The position numbers and the translations under genes are program-made. A stretch of 64,000 nucleotides of DNA from an uncultured Pseudomonadota bacterium (GTDB lineage: Bacteria; Oederibacteriota; Muellerivitia; Muellerivitales; Muellerivitaceae). Location of the stretch: assembly GCA_963836235.1 (NCBI GenBank), contig CAWIIP010000002.1, positions 640,001 through 704,000 of the forward strand. Direction: 5' to 3'. The stretch's first letter is position 1. Each line of letters opens with the position of its first letter. The notes under the pieces were generated by a model. That model saw only the letters and a program-made list of their open reading frames with translations. It was not told the origin of the DNA and ran no database searches. This document shows, one piece after another, positions 42,659-51,745 of the stretch.

Positions 42659-42704
42659 TTCGTGAAGATCTTCGGAAATTTAATACTAAAAACTTAAAGC
42701 TTAA
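42610..42704. repeat. Inverted arrays of degenerate 7-bp tandem repeats
   Basis: Left arm GAAAGTT CTGGGTT CCTAGCT TTAAGTT CTCAGTT (42610-42644); right arm AATTTAA TACTAAA AACTTAA AGCTTAA (42677-42704). Confidence 0.65.
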
Positions 42705-42712
42705 ACATTTTC

Positions 42713-43612
42713 TCATCGGAGTTCTTTCACCCATTTTTTTCGCAGGGCTAAAAAAGCGCCCAGAAAACCCAGGATCATTCCCAAAAAAACCAGGGTCAGA
42801 TAAAGACTTCCCCATTCCGTCGCGGCGGAATTGATCAAAATGTCAAGACCCCCATATTTTTGAAGGGCCATTCCAGCCCAATGGCGAACGGCTTCGAAAA
42901 AGAACACAACGATCAGGGCACCGAGGAATCCCTGGAAAACTCCTTCCCATAAATAAGGTCCCGCCCTCATCCAAGTTGGGGCTCCCATTCGCGCCATCAG
43001 AATAAAATCCTCCCGGCGGGCCCAAAGGGCTAAGGTTAAGGTATTAGAAACAATGAAAAGTGCCGTTAAAAAAACGAAACCACCGAGGATGAAACCGCCC
43101 CATTGCACCAATCGTGTGAGATTGGTGACCGTTTCCCACTCATTTTTGCCGTAGTCCACTTCCTCGATTCGGGGGTCTTGTTTCAATTTTTCAACCATAT
43201 CCTCCAGTTTTTCTGAAGGATCATTTCGAAGGATGACCGTAAAAGAGTCCGTTAAGGGATTCTCACCTAAAGCTTGGAGCATCTGGTCGATTTCCGGGTC
43301 TTTTCGAAAATCCTGGACCGCTTCCTCTTTGGTCACGAGCCGGACAGACGCCACCCGGGAGTCGGATAATAAAAGTTCCTGTATTCTTTTACGATCGGAA
43401 TCGTCGGAAGCGGGCGTGAGGAAGACCGCCATTTGAAACTTTTCCCGAGCCGAACCCAGGGCCTGATCAAGTACTCTGGAAATTCCCAGAAAAAGGGAAA
43501 GCTGAAGCAGGGTGGAGGCCACGATCACCACCACTGCGATGGAAAGGCCGCGGGTCCTAAAAAGCTGCAAAAACCCTTCTTTAATAACAAAGAAAAAACG
43601 GGAAAGGTTCAC
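42713..43612 (-). CDS. ftsX: Cell division permease FtsX
   Basis: TM1, periplasmic ENPLTDSF loop, SNTLTLALWARRED, MGA....GPYLWEG. Confidence 0.92.
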   Translation of the reverse strand: MNLSRFFFVIKEGFLQLFRTRGLSIAVVVIVASTLLQLSLFLGISRVLDQALGSAREKFQMAVFLTPASDDSDRKRIQELLLSDSRVASVRLVTKEEAVQDFRKDPEIDQMLQALGENPLTDSFTVILRNDPSEKLEDMVEKLKQDPRIEEVDYGKNEWETVTNLTRLVQWGGFILGGFVFLTALFIVSNTLTLALWARREDFILMARMGAPTWMRAGPYLWEGVFQGFLGALIVVFFFEAVRHWAGMALQKYGGLDILINSAATEWGSLYLTLVFLGMILGFLGAFLALRKKWVKELR

Positions 43613-44319
43613 GGGGCCACTTCTTCCATAGGATAGAGTTTACCTTGGTCCAACTTCATCCATTGAATATGGGCTTCGGCTCCCGATTTTTTCGTTTCCT
43701 GCAAAAAAGACGTTTGCTGGGTGGATAGCACGATTGTGCTTCCGGACTTGTTCAATTCCAAGAAAAAGTGGAACAACAAGGAGGTGGCCTTACCATCCAA
43801 GCCTTGAAAGGGATCATCCGCTAAAAGCAACCGGGGTCGGAAAATCATGGCTCTAAGGGCCAAAACAATCCTTAGCTCGCCGGAGGAAAGATCCGCCGGC
43901 CTGGATTGCGCCTTTCCTTCCAACCCAGCCCTTGAAAGTAGTTTGATAATGGCTTCTTTTTCCCCTTCACCCGAAGCTTCCTTGACTTGGAGGATGAAAT
44001 GAAAGTTTTCATAAACGGTTTTATCGGAGAAAAGCTTCAGGTCGGGAAAAATCATGCCTACTTCGGAAAGCCATTGGCGTTTCTCCAAATCCGAAAGGCC
44101 GTAAATATCCTGATGATCGATCCTTAAAACACCCGAAGTGGGTTTTTCCTCGCCACCCAATATTTTGAGAAAAGTGCTTTTGCCGGTTCGGCTTTCGCCG
44201 ATGACAGCCATGAAGGACCCTTGAGAAGCGGAAAAATAAGCGTCATCGAGGACCTTGACGCCCGAGGAGTGGACCTTGGTCAGGTGGAAAGCTTGAATCA
44301 TCATGTGCCGATTCTCCAT
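43609..44319 (-). CDS. ftsE: FtsE-like ABC ATP-binding protein with degenerate catalytic motifs
   Basis: Directly upstream of ftsX; ABC fold with GESRTGKST, LSSGE, LLADDP. Confidence 0.82.
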   Translation of the reverse strand: MENRHMMIQAFHLTKVHSSGVKVLDDAYFSASQGSFMAVIGESRTGKSTFLKILGGEEKPTSGVLRIDHQDIYGLSDLEKRQWLSEVGMIFPDLKLFSDKTVYENFHFILQVKEASGEGEKEAIIKLLSRAGLEGKAQSRPADLSSGELRIVLALRAMIFRPRLLLADDPFQGLDGKATSLLFHFFLELNKSGSTIVLSTQQTSFLQETKKSGAEAHIQWMKLDQGKLYPMEEVAP

Positions 44320-44430
44320 TAAAACAAAAATACTGAAATCGGTACTATACCGACTTTTCCAATCGCCTAATGGAAAGTCGGCATGTACTTTAAATTAAGG
44401 CAGGAGGCCCTGAACCGCAAGGGAAATTGG

Positions 44431-45627
44431 CTAGTCTTTCAGGTGCCTTTCTTCGATCCGGGAAAACAACGACAACAATACCAAGCAGGCTCCTAAAACT
44501 ATCGCCGTATTTTGGAGTGACCCGAATGTTAAACCCAAACCCACCGTCAGCATGGATAAAAAAATGGCGAAAGTCCGGATCATCGAGGAGGTCGAAAGAA
44601 CCGTTGCCCTTTTATCCGAAGGGGTATATTTATTCATATAAGAACTAAATAGCGGCAACCGAGAAAGTCCGAAGGTGAACACCAACACAATGGCCGGAAT
44701 CACCAGCCACAAAGATTGAGCCCATCCCAATATAAGGTACCCAATGCCGGTGAGGATGCCTCCGGCGGTCAGCAATCCCCTTTTCGATCCAAACAATCGT
44801 TCCAAAAAACCGACGTGGGAAAGAACCAGGATTTGGCCAATGATGGACAAGGCCTGCACGGCCCCAAAATATTTTAAAGCAAGGCCGCTTTGCTGTAACA
44901 AGGGTTGGTTGAGCCAAATGATGCACCAAGCCAAAGCGTTGACGATAGCCGCTTCCAAGGTGAGAAGCCAAAGGACTTTGTGTCCCATGAAAAACCGGAC
45001 ACCATCCCTAAAAATGGTCCCATAGGAAACTCGCTTGCGTTTTTGGTTCCGCGCCCTCGGTTCTTTGATCCAAACAACAATGAAAAAAGAAAGAAAAATG
45101 GCGATGCCGGTAACCTTTAAAGGAGCGGTCAATCCCCATTGATCGGCGATAAACCCGCCGGTTAGGGAAGCGAATAAAATCCCTCCCAATTTAAACGACT
45201 CCATGCGGGATAATATTCTTTTGGAATCCTTCTGCTTTCCCATTACCTTCAGACTGTCATAAGCCAGAGCTTCATCGGCTCCGGATTGAAAAGTAAAAGC
45301 CAAGGCGAAAACAGCCTCTGCCACCAAGAAAACAGTTAAAAGCGGACGGCTGGTATAAAGAAACGCTGCGCTTCCTCCCAGAATCGATCCCAGAGCCAGC
45401 GAAGCCTTTCGACCCAGAAAATCCGCCGCGGCTCCTGTCGGCACTTCAAAAATAAAATTACAGAAAAAAAACCAGGCATTGAGGTAAAAAACCTGGGAAA
45501 GTTTCAATCCACCCCATTGGGTGAAGAAAGGTACGAGCACAGGCCCAAAAAAATGCATCCAAAAAAGCATTCGAATGCCGTTAAGTTTCCAAATATTGGA
45601 AGAAAAGGAAGCGCCGTTTTTATTCAT
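44431..45627 (-). CDS. MFS transporter
   Basis: About 12 TM, FEVPTGAAADFLGRK, SGADEALAYDSL. Confidence 0.92.
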   Translation of the reverse strand: MNKNGASFSSNIWKLNGIRMLFWMHFFGPVLVPFFTQWGGLKLSQVFYLNAWFFFCNFIFEVPTGAAADFLGRKASLALGSILGGSAAFLYTSRPLLTVFLVAEAVFALAFTFQSGADEALAYDSLKVMGKQKDSKRILSRMESFKLGGILFASLTGGFIADQWGLTAPLKVTGIAIFLSFFIVVWIKEPRARNQKRKRVSYGTIFRDGVRFFMGHKVLWLLTLEAAIVNALAWCIIWLNQPLLQQSGLALKYFGAVQALSIIGQILVLSHVGFLERLFGSKRGLLTAGGILTGIGYLILGWAQSLWLVIPAIVLVFTFGLSRLPLFSSYMNKYTPSDKRATVLSTSSMIRTFAIFLSMLTVGLGLTFGSLQNTAIVLGACLVLLSLFSRIEERHLKD

Positions 45628-46634
45628 GAAGCTGGTTTGGAATATCGCTTAGCCCTGCGGATTCTCTTGGCTTCATTGACGTTCTTTTGGTGTTCTTCAA
45701 ATGTTGTAGCGAATAGTTGGGAACCGTCTCCCTTGGCTACATAGTAAAGGTAAGGCACATCCGCCGGATCAAGCACTGCTTGGATAGAGGCCAATCCCGG
45801 ATTACAAATGGGCGTGGGTGGCAAGCCCCTGTGCTGGTAGGTGTTATAAGGCGATTGAGTATTAAGCTGGTCGTTGGTAAGCCATGCCCTTTTATTTTCC
45901 AGGACATAATTCAATGTGGCATTGACTTCAAGGCGCATTTTTTTATGGAGCCGGTTATACAGTATGCCAGCCACAATGGGCCTTTCATCTGCCTTTTGGG
46001 CCTCCCTTTCAACGATAGAGGCCAAGATGACCGCTTGATAGGGGGTCAGCCCCCTCTGGCGGCAACGGTCCTCAAAATCGCTTCCGACCGAATCAAAAAA
46101 TTGCCGCACCATCAGTTCCATCAGGTCCTGGGCGCTGGCTCCAACCGGAACCCGATAAGTTTCGGGAAAAAGGAACCCTTCCGCGCTTGGTCCCGGGATT
46201 CCCAAACTCTTCAAGGCTTGTTTGTCCTCAGCCGTTTTCATGAAATCTTCAACTGTCATCACCTTCATTTTTTCCAACTCCTGGGCAATCTGGACAGCCG
46301 TATAACCCTCCGGCACTTTCAGGGCCAGAAGTTCGCTTTTCCCTTCCGAGAGAGTCGTCAAGACATCCCATAAGCTCATGCCTGGATTTAAACGGTACAA
46401 ACCCGCTTTTAGTTTTCGGTCAGCATGGGTGAGCTTTGCCAAAACCTTAAAAGGGAGGACAAAATGAAGGATCCCCCTTTCTTTCAAGCTTCGGGCGATC
46501 TCACGGGCGGTGGTTTTGGAATAGACGGGCACATCGACATCCTGTCCGGAAAAGAAAAAAGTGGGGATAAAAATAAAGACGGAAAAAACAAAAATGGTTA
46601 AAAAAAAGTAGCCGTAAATTTTAAGGATTTTCAT
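45624..46634 (-). CDS. mltG: Endolytic transglycosylase MltG
   Basis: EGFLFPETY, ASIVERE, SPYNTY, GLPPTPICNPG. Confidence 0.95.
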   Translation of the reverse strand: MKILKIYGYFFLTIFVFSVFIFIPTFFFSGQDVDVPVYSKTTAREIARSLKERGILHFVLPFKVLAKLTHADRKLKAGLYRLNPGMSLWDVLTTLSEGKSELLALKVPEGYTAVQIAQELEKMKVMTVEDFMKTAEDKQALKSLGIPGPSAEGFLFPETYRVPVGASAQDLMELMVRQFFDSVGSDFEDRCRQRGLTPYQAVILASIVEREAQKADERPIVAGILYNRLHKKMRLEVNATLNYVLENKRAWLTNDQLNTQSPYNTYQHRGLPPTPICNPGLASIQAVLDPADVPYLYYVAKGDGSQLFATTFEEHQKNVNEAKRIRRAKRYSKPAS

Positions 46635-47065
46635 GGTTTTTCCACCGGTATCAAACGGGCCCCCTCAAGGGCCGACTGGAGTATGAGGGCCGCCGCCACT
46701 TTATCAATTTTTTGGCGCCGGTCTTCCCTTCGGACATTTCCTTCGATCATCAGGCGTTCGGCTTGCTTGCTGGTCAAACGCTCGTCCACGTAATAAACCG
46801 GCACACTTAAGCGTTTTAAAAGTTTCTCGGTGAAATCCCTGACTTTTTGGGTTGTAGAGCTTTCGGTCCCGTCCATATTAAACGGGAGGCCCACAATAAC
46901 CTGAGTCACTTCATGCTCATTGACTAATTTTCCGATAGCGATGATGTCTTGTTGGGTTCCGGCGGACTTTAAGACGAGAAGGGGTTGAGCGATGAGCCCC
47001 AGGGAGTCGGATAACGCGACCCCAATCCTTACCTTCCCGAGGTCTAAGGACAGCCAGCGTTTCAA
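46631..47065 (-). CDS. ruvX: YqgF/RuvX pre-16S rRNA nuclease
   Basis: LDLGKVRIGVALSD, VGLP, DERLTS, DKVAAALIL. Confidence 0.94.
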   Translation of the reverse strand: MKRWLSLDLGKVRIGVALSDSLGLIAQPLLVLKSAGTQQDIIAIGKLVNEHEVTQVIVGLPFNMDGTESSTTQKVRDFTEKLLKRLSVPVYYVDERLTSKQAERLMIEGNVRREDRRQKIDKVAAALILQSALEGARLIPVEKP

Positions 47066-49734
47066 GGAATCGCCTTCTCCACGATCTGCGGAACTTGCCG
47101 GAGCGCCTCATCCACTTTGGAAGCGTCCTTGCCGCCCGCCTGGGCTAAATCAGGCCGGCCCCCGCCGCCACCACCCGTGATCTTGGCCACTTCCTTTACG
47201 ATATCCCCGGCCTTCAACTTTCCCGTCAGGTCTTTGGTGACCCCCGCGATGAAGGTAATTTGATTTGGTTTGCCGCTGCCCAGGACAATGACACCGCTTC
47301 CCATCTTGGACTTCAGCGTGTCAATCAATTGGCGCATGCCCTCCGGGTCCAATTCGTCGGTTCGGGCGACGACCAAAGACACTCCCTTAACGTCCTTTTT
47401 CTGACCCAGGACTTCATCCACCAGGCTCCCGGCCAGCTTGGACTTGAGGGAGGAAAGTTCTTTTTCTTTTGCCTTCATTTCATCCAATAAAGCCTGGACC
47501 TTATTTTTCAATTCGTTGTTGGAACTTTTTAAAAGTTGGCTGACTTCCTTGAGGGTTTCCTCCTCTTGATGAACCTTGGATAAGGAACCTTCACCTGTCA
47601 CCGCCTCAATGCGCCGGACACCGGCGGCCACCGAGGATTCGCTTTCGATCTTGAACAGGCCGATGTCGCCCGTGCGGTTCACATGGGTCCCGCCGCAAAG
47701 CTCGGTCGAGAAACCGGGCACGTCGACGACCCGCACCCTTTCGCCGTATTTCTCGCTGAAGAAAGCAAGGGCTCCTTTTTTCTTAGCTTCATCGAACGAC
47801 ATTTCCTGCTTGGAAAGTTCTATGTTGTCCAGAATACGCTGATTGACCATAGTCTCAATCCGGCGCAATTGCTCGGGCTTAAGCCCTTCAAAGTGGGTAA
47901 AGTCGAACCGAAGCCGGTCCGGGCCCACATAACTTCCCGCCTGGCCCACGTGACTCCCTAAAACCAGTCGAAGGGCCGCGTGCAACAAGTGGGTGGCCGT
48001 ATGGTTGCGCATGGTAGCCCGTCGCACGCTTTCCTCCACCGTCGCCTCGACCTTTTGGCCCATCGTCAAATGGCCGCGTTTCATGAAGGACCAATGGCCA
48101 ACCAGCGTATCGGCCACCATTTGGGTATCCAGCACATCCACCCAGGAAACATTGGCTGAGTTGAAACCCTGAAGGACGCCCTTGTCCCCCACTTGTCCAC
48201 CCTTTTCCGCGTAAAAAGGCGTCTGATTCAAAATAACAAAACCATACTCACCCTCGTTGAGTTTCTCGACCGGCTCATGTTTCTTGTCCTTGACCCGAAC
48301 GATTTGAACGACCTGGCCCAGGTCCTTTGTTTTTTCATAACCCTTAAAAATGGTGGCCGGAATCTTCGCCGCCAGTTCTTTATAGAGGGGAGGGAAAACC
48401 GCGTCTCCACTGCCTTTCCATCCGGAACGGGCTTTTTCTTTTTGGCCTTCCATAGCCTTTTGAAAACCCGCCTCATCCACCGACAGGCCCTTTTCCTTGA
48501 GGATTTCCTTCGTGATATCCAAGGGAAATCCGAAGGTGTCATAAAGGGTAAAAGCTTCCTCGCCGGACAAGATTTTGATTTTGGATTTTTGAAGGCTTTC
48601 GATTTTTTCCATCAATCGTTCGGTACCGGAAGCCAGGGTTTCATAAAACCGTTCTTCCTCGGCCTTGACGACATTAACAATATGCTCTTTGCGGTCCTTC
48701 ACTTCAGGATAAATGGAACCCATAACCTTACCAACCTCCAGGGTCAGGGGCGACAGGAAAGGCTTATCAAATCCAAGCAGCTTGCCGTGACGGATGGCCC
48801 GCCGCAAAATACGCCGCAAAACATAACCCCGGCCCTCGTTGGAGGGGAGGACCCCATCGGCGATGAGGAAAGTCGTCGCCCGTAAATGGTCACTGATGAC
48901 CTTGAGAGAGGTGTAAGTCTGGGACCCATCCACTTTGAAAGGAATATTCCCCGCCTTGGCGACGGCGGTCATGAGAGGGGCGATCAAATCGGTCTCGAAG
49001 TTGGAGGGAACTTTTTGCATGATGCTGGCAACTCGCTCTAACCCCATGCCCGTGTCGATATTTGGTTTGGGAAGGGGTTTCAGGCTACCGTCTTCCTGGC
49101 GGTCGAATTGGGTAAAGACTAGGTTCCAAATTTCCAGGTACCTTCCCGCCTCCGCGTCTTCCTCAAAATTTTTCGTCTCACCTTTTTCCGGCGTCAGGTC
49201 CACATAGATTTCCGAGCAGGGACCGCAAGGGCCCGTGGGACCCATGGTCCAAAAATTGGATTCTTCTCCCATGCGAACGATACGCTCCGGCGGCAACCCG
49301 GCTGTTTTTTTCCAAAGCTCGATGGCTTCATCATCCTTCTCATAAACCGATACCCACAATCGGGCCTTATCTATCTGAAGCACTTTCGTCACGAACTCCC
49401 AACCCCATTCGATGGCTTCCTTCTTGAAGTAACCGCCAAAGGAGAAATTTCCGAGCATTTCGAAAAAGGTATGGTGCCGGGCTGTATAACCCACCCTTTC
49501 CAAATCACCGGTCCTGAAGCATTTTTGGCAGGAGACGGCGTAAGGAACCGTGTGGGGAAATGGTATGGTGCCTAGAAAATAGGACTTGAACTGGTTCATC
49601 CCGGCGTTGGACAAGAGGAGCGTGGGGTCGTTTTCGGGAACCAGGGAGGACGAGGGTACGACCTTATGGTTCTTGGACTTGAAAAAGTCCAGGTAGGCCT
49701 GCCTGATCTCGCTTCCGGTTGTGGGAACGCCCAT
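47062..49734 (-). CDS. alaS: Alanine-tRNA ligase
   Basis: NAGMNQFK, HHTFFEMLGNFSFG, DTGMGLER, NHTATHLL, ELCGGTH, GGGGRPDLAQAGG. Confidence 0.98.
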   Translation of the reverse strand: MGVPTTGSEIRQAYLDFFKSKNHKVVPSSSLVPENDPTLLLSNAGMNQFKSYFLGTIPFPHTVPYAVSCQKCFRTGDLERVGYTARHHTFFEMLGNFSFGGYFKKEAIEWGWEFVTKVLQIDKARLWVSVYEKDDEAIELWKKTAGLPPERIVRMGEESNFWTMGPTGPCGPCSEIYVDLTPEKGETKNFEEDAEAGRYLEIWNLVFTQFDRQEDGSLKPLPKPNIDTGMGLERVASIMQKVPSNFETDLIAPLMTAVAKAGNIPFKVDGSQTYTSLKVISDHLRATTFLIADGVLPSNEGRGYVLRRILRRAIRHGKLLGFDKPFLSPLTLEVGKVMGSIYPEVKDRKEHIVNVVKAEEERFYETLASGTERLMEKIESLQKSKIKILSGEEAFTLYDTFGFPLDITKEILKEKGLSVDEAGFQKAMEGQKEKARSGWKGSGDAVFPPLYKELAAKIPATIFKGYEKTKDLGQVVQIVRVKDKKHEPVEKLNEGEYGFVILNQTPFYAEKGGQVGDKGVLQGFNSANVSWVDVLDTQMVADTLVGHWSFMKRGHLTMGQKVEATVEESVRRATMRNHTATHLLHAALRLVLGSHVGQAGSYVGPDRLRFDFTHFEGLKPEQLRRIETMVNQRILDNIELSKQEMSFDEAKKKGALAFFSEKYGERVRVVDVPGFSTELCGGTHVNRTGDIGLFKIESESSVAAGVRRIEAVTGEGSLSKVHQEEETLKEVSQLLKSSNNELKNKVQALLDEMKAKEKELSSLKSKLAGSLVDEVLGQKKDVKGVSLVVARTDELDPEGMRQLIDTLKSKMGSGVIVLGSGKPNQITFIAGVTKDLTGKLKAGDIVKEVAKITGGGGGGRPDLAQAGGKDASKVDEALRQVPQIVEKAIP

Positions 49735-49745
49735 AAAATCCTCGG

Positions 49746-50261
49746 TTATTCTTGGTCGTTAAGAAGGTCGGAATTATAACTGAAAACATCCATTACGGCG
49801 AGCCGGGCCGCCTCTAAAGAATAGCCTTTGCGCGCCAGGAATTCGAAAGCCTTGCGCCGGGTATCCCCTTCTTTTTTCTCTTTTTTTCTCAAAAACCTTT
49901 GTTTTTGGCGGGAGAGTAATTCCTTGGCTTGTTCTTTTTCATCAGTAGACGGGAAAAAAAGAGCGGTTGCCTTTTCAATATCATCCGGTCGAATTTTTTT
50001 CAGATGGAGGGCCGCTTGGATCTTGCGGGGGCCCCAGTTCTGGGCTCTTTTGGAACGAACAAACCGTTCGGCAAATTCCCGGTCGTTGATGAACTTTTTG
50101 GCCTCTAATCGGGCCAAAATAGTTTCTTGAATTTCCGGAGACAGCGATCTGCGCCGGAACTTTTCTTTGAGTTCCCCGACGCTATGAGGCCTTCGGTTTA
50201 AAAGCCAAAGGGCATAGCGGAAAGCCTGGGGTTCCGAAAGAAGGGGTTTGGATTTGCGCAA
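49746..50261 (-). CDS. recX: Regulatory protein RecX
   Basis: ALWLLNRRPHS..EL, INDREFA, GPRKI, FLARKGY; upstream of alaS. Confidence 0.88.
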   Translation of the reverse strand: MRKSKPLLSEPQAFRYALWLLNRRPHSVGELKEKFRRRSLSPEIQETILARLEAKKFINDREFAERFVRSKRAQNWGPRKIQAALHLKKIRPDDIEKATALFFPSTDEKEQAKELLSRQKQRFLRKKEKKEGDTRRKAFEFLARKGYSLEAARLAVMDVFSYNSDLLNDQE

Positions 50262-50269
50262 AGGCGGAT

Positions 50270-50590
50270 TTATTGAGCGACGCTGACATTTCCCGTGGCG
50301 GGGTCATAAGCGATCCCTCCAGGAATATGGTCGATATAATTGGGCACCAAGTCCTGCAAGGTGGAGGGATAGGATTCTTTGTCTGATTTGTATTTTTCGA
50401 CCGCGCTTTTCACCACATCCAATTGGGCTCCCGCGGCGGCTGCTTGGGCTTTAACCTCGTCATTTTTCAAGGCGTTGGTATAACCGGGCAAGGTGGCCTC
50501 GGGAGGGGCTTGCTCTACTTTTCCCCAAAGAAAATAGCCAATGGCCCCGACAACCAATAACGCGATTAAAAAAACCGCCTTCCAGCTCAT
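50270..50590 (-). CDS. Small membrane-anchored protein with a pseudopilin (GspG)-like C-terminal segment
   Basis: N-terminal TM; AVEKYKSDKESYPSTLQDLVPNY resembles the GspG head; no prepilin G/F-x4-E motif. Confidence 0.55.
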   Translation of the reverse strand: MSWKAVFLIALLVVGAIGYFLWGKVEQAPPEATLPGYTNALKNDEVKAQAAAAGAQLDVVKSAVEKYKSDKESYPSTLQDLVPNYIDHIPGGIAYDPATGNVSVAQ

Positions 50591-51333
50591 GAATGCCCCC
50601 TTAAACCACGGCTTGCCTTTTGAAGCAGTATCAACATTTCCCTTGTGGCTTTCTCTAATCCTACCATAGAAGCCCGTGCAACGATGTTATGCCCAATATT
50701 CAAGTCTTCGATTTCGGGCAGGGCCGCGATCGGAGTGACGTTTTGATAAGTCAATCCATGGCCCGCGTGAACTTTGAGGCCCAGGGAATGACCCAATCGG
50801 GCTCCCGCCACCAATACCAGGAGTTCTTTTTTGACATTCCCACCCAACCGGCATGCCCGGCTATAAGCGCCGGTGTGAAGTTCAATAAAGGTCGCCCCCA
50901 GCCGGGAAGAAAGTTGGATATCTTGCGGCCGGGGATCAATGAAAAGGGAAACGGGAATACCTTTCGCCTGGAGCTGGTTGATGGACTTTTCAAAACGGTT
51001 CAAGGAAGAAGAAAGAGCCAATCCACCCTCGGTAGTAAGCTCCTGGCGCTTTTCGGGGACCAAAGTAACTTGATCGGGTTTAATCCGGAGAGCGAACCTG
51101 ACCATTTCCACCGATGCCGCCATTTCCAGGTTTAGTTTAGTTTTGATGATTTTCCGTAACCCAATGACATCTTGGTCCTGGATGTGACGCCTGTCTTCCC
51201 TGAGATGGACGGTAATACCTTGGGCCCCGGCTTTTTCAACAAGCCTTGCCGCTTCCAGCGGATCAGGCTCCTCTTCCCGGCGAGCCTGCCGTAAAGTGGC
51301 GATGTGGTCAATGTTCACGCATAAAAAGGCCAT
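50587..51333 (-). CDS. pdxJ: Pyridoxine 5'-phosphate synthase
   Basis: VNIDHIATLRQAR, HLREDRRHI, TTEGG, ELHTG, AGHGL, NIGH. Confidence 0.97.
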   Translation of the reverse strand: MAFLCVNIDHIATLRQARREEEPDPLEAARLVEKAGAQGITVHLREDRRHIQDQDVIGLRKIIKTKLNLEMAASVEMVRFALRIKPDQVTLVPEKRQELTTEGGLALSSSLNRFEKSINQLQAKGIPVSLFIDPRPQDIQLSSRLGATFIELHTGAYSRACRLGGNVKKELLVLVAGARLGHSLGLKVHAGHGLTYQNVTPIAALPEIEDLNIGHNIVARASMVGLEKATREMLILLQKASRGLRGHS

Positions 51334-51334
51334 A

Positions 51335-51736
51335 TTACTTTCCCGGTTTTTTCTTGGAGGTCTCCTGGGGTGTATCCAAAGGTATCAAGTGAACTTTCAA
51401 GTCATGGACACTGGCGGTTACACCCTCGGGCAGCTGTTCGATTTTGGGCCTGAGCACAACTTCTTGTTGGCCCGGCGGAATACCTTTCAAACTGGCGGTG
51501 GCGTCCAGGTCGTCCGCTTCCAGGTCCTTTACGTTTTTTCCGATTAACATCACCGAAACGGACGTCTTCACGGTTGGGTCAAGAGCCATCCCCGCCGGAA
51601 TATCGGTCAATTCCACGTAAAGGGTCAAATGCTTGTGGTCAAGGACCTGTTTTAGGTCCACGTAAGCCCAAAGAAGAGAGGCGATGAAAACCGCCAATAG
51701 TTTCAGGTTGAAGTTTTCAAAAATCCAGCGTTTCAT
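51335..51736 (-). CDS. cdaR: Short CdaR/YbbR-like protein
   Basis: NFNLKLLAVFIASLLWAYV anchor plus one YbbR-like domain; directly after cdaA. Confidence 0.75.
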   Translation of the reverse strand: MKRWIFENFNLKLLAVFIASLLWAYVDLKQVLDHKHLTLYVELTDIPAGMALDPTVKTSVSVMLIGKNVKDLEADDLDATASLKGIPPGQQEVVLRPKIEQLPEGVTASVHDLKVHLIPLDTPQETSKKKPGK

Positions 51737-51745
51737 CCAAACTCC

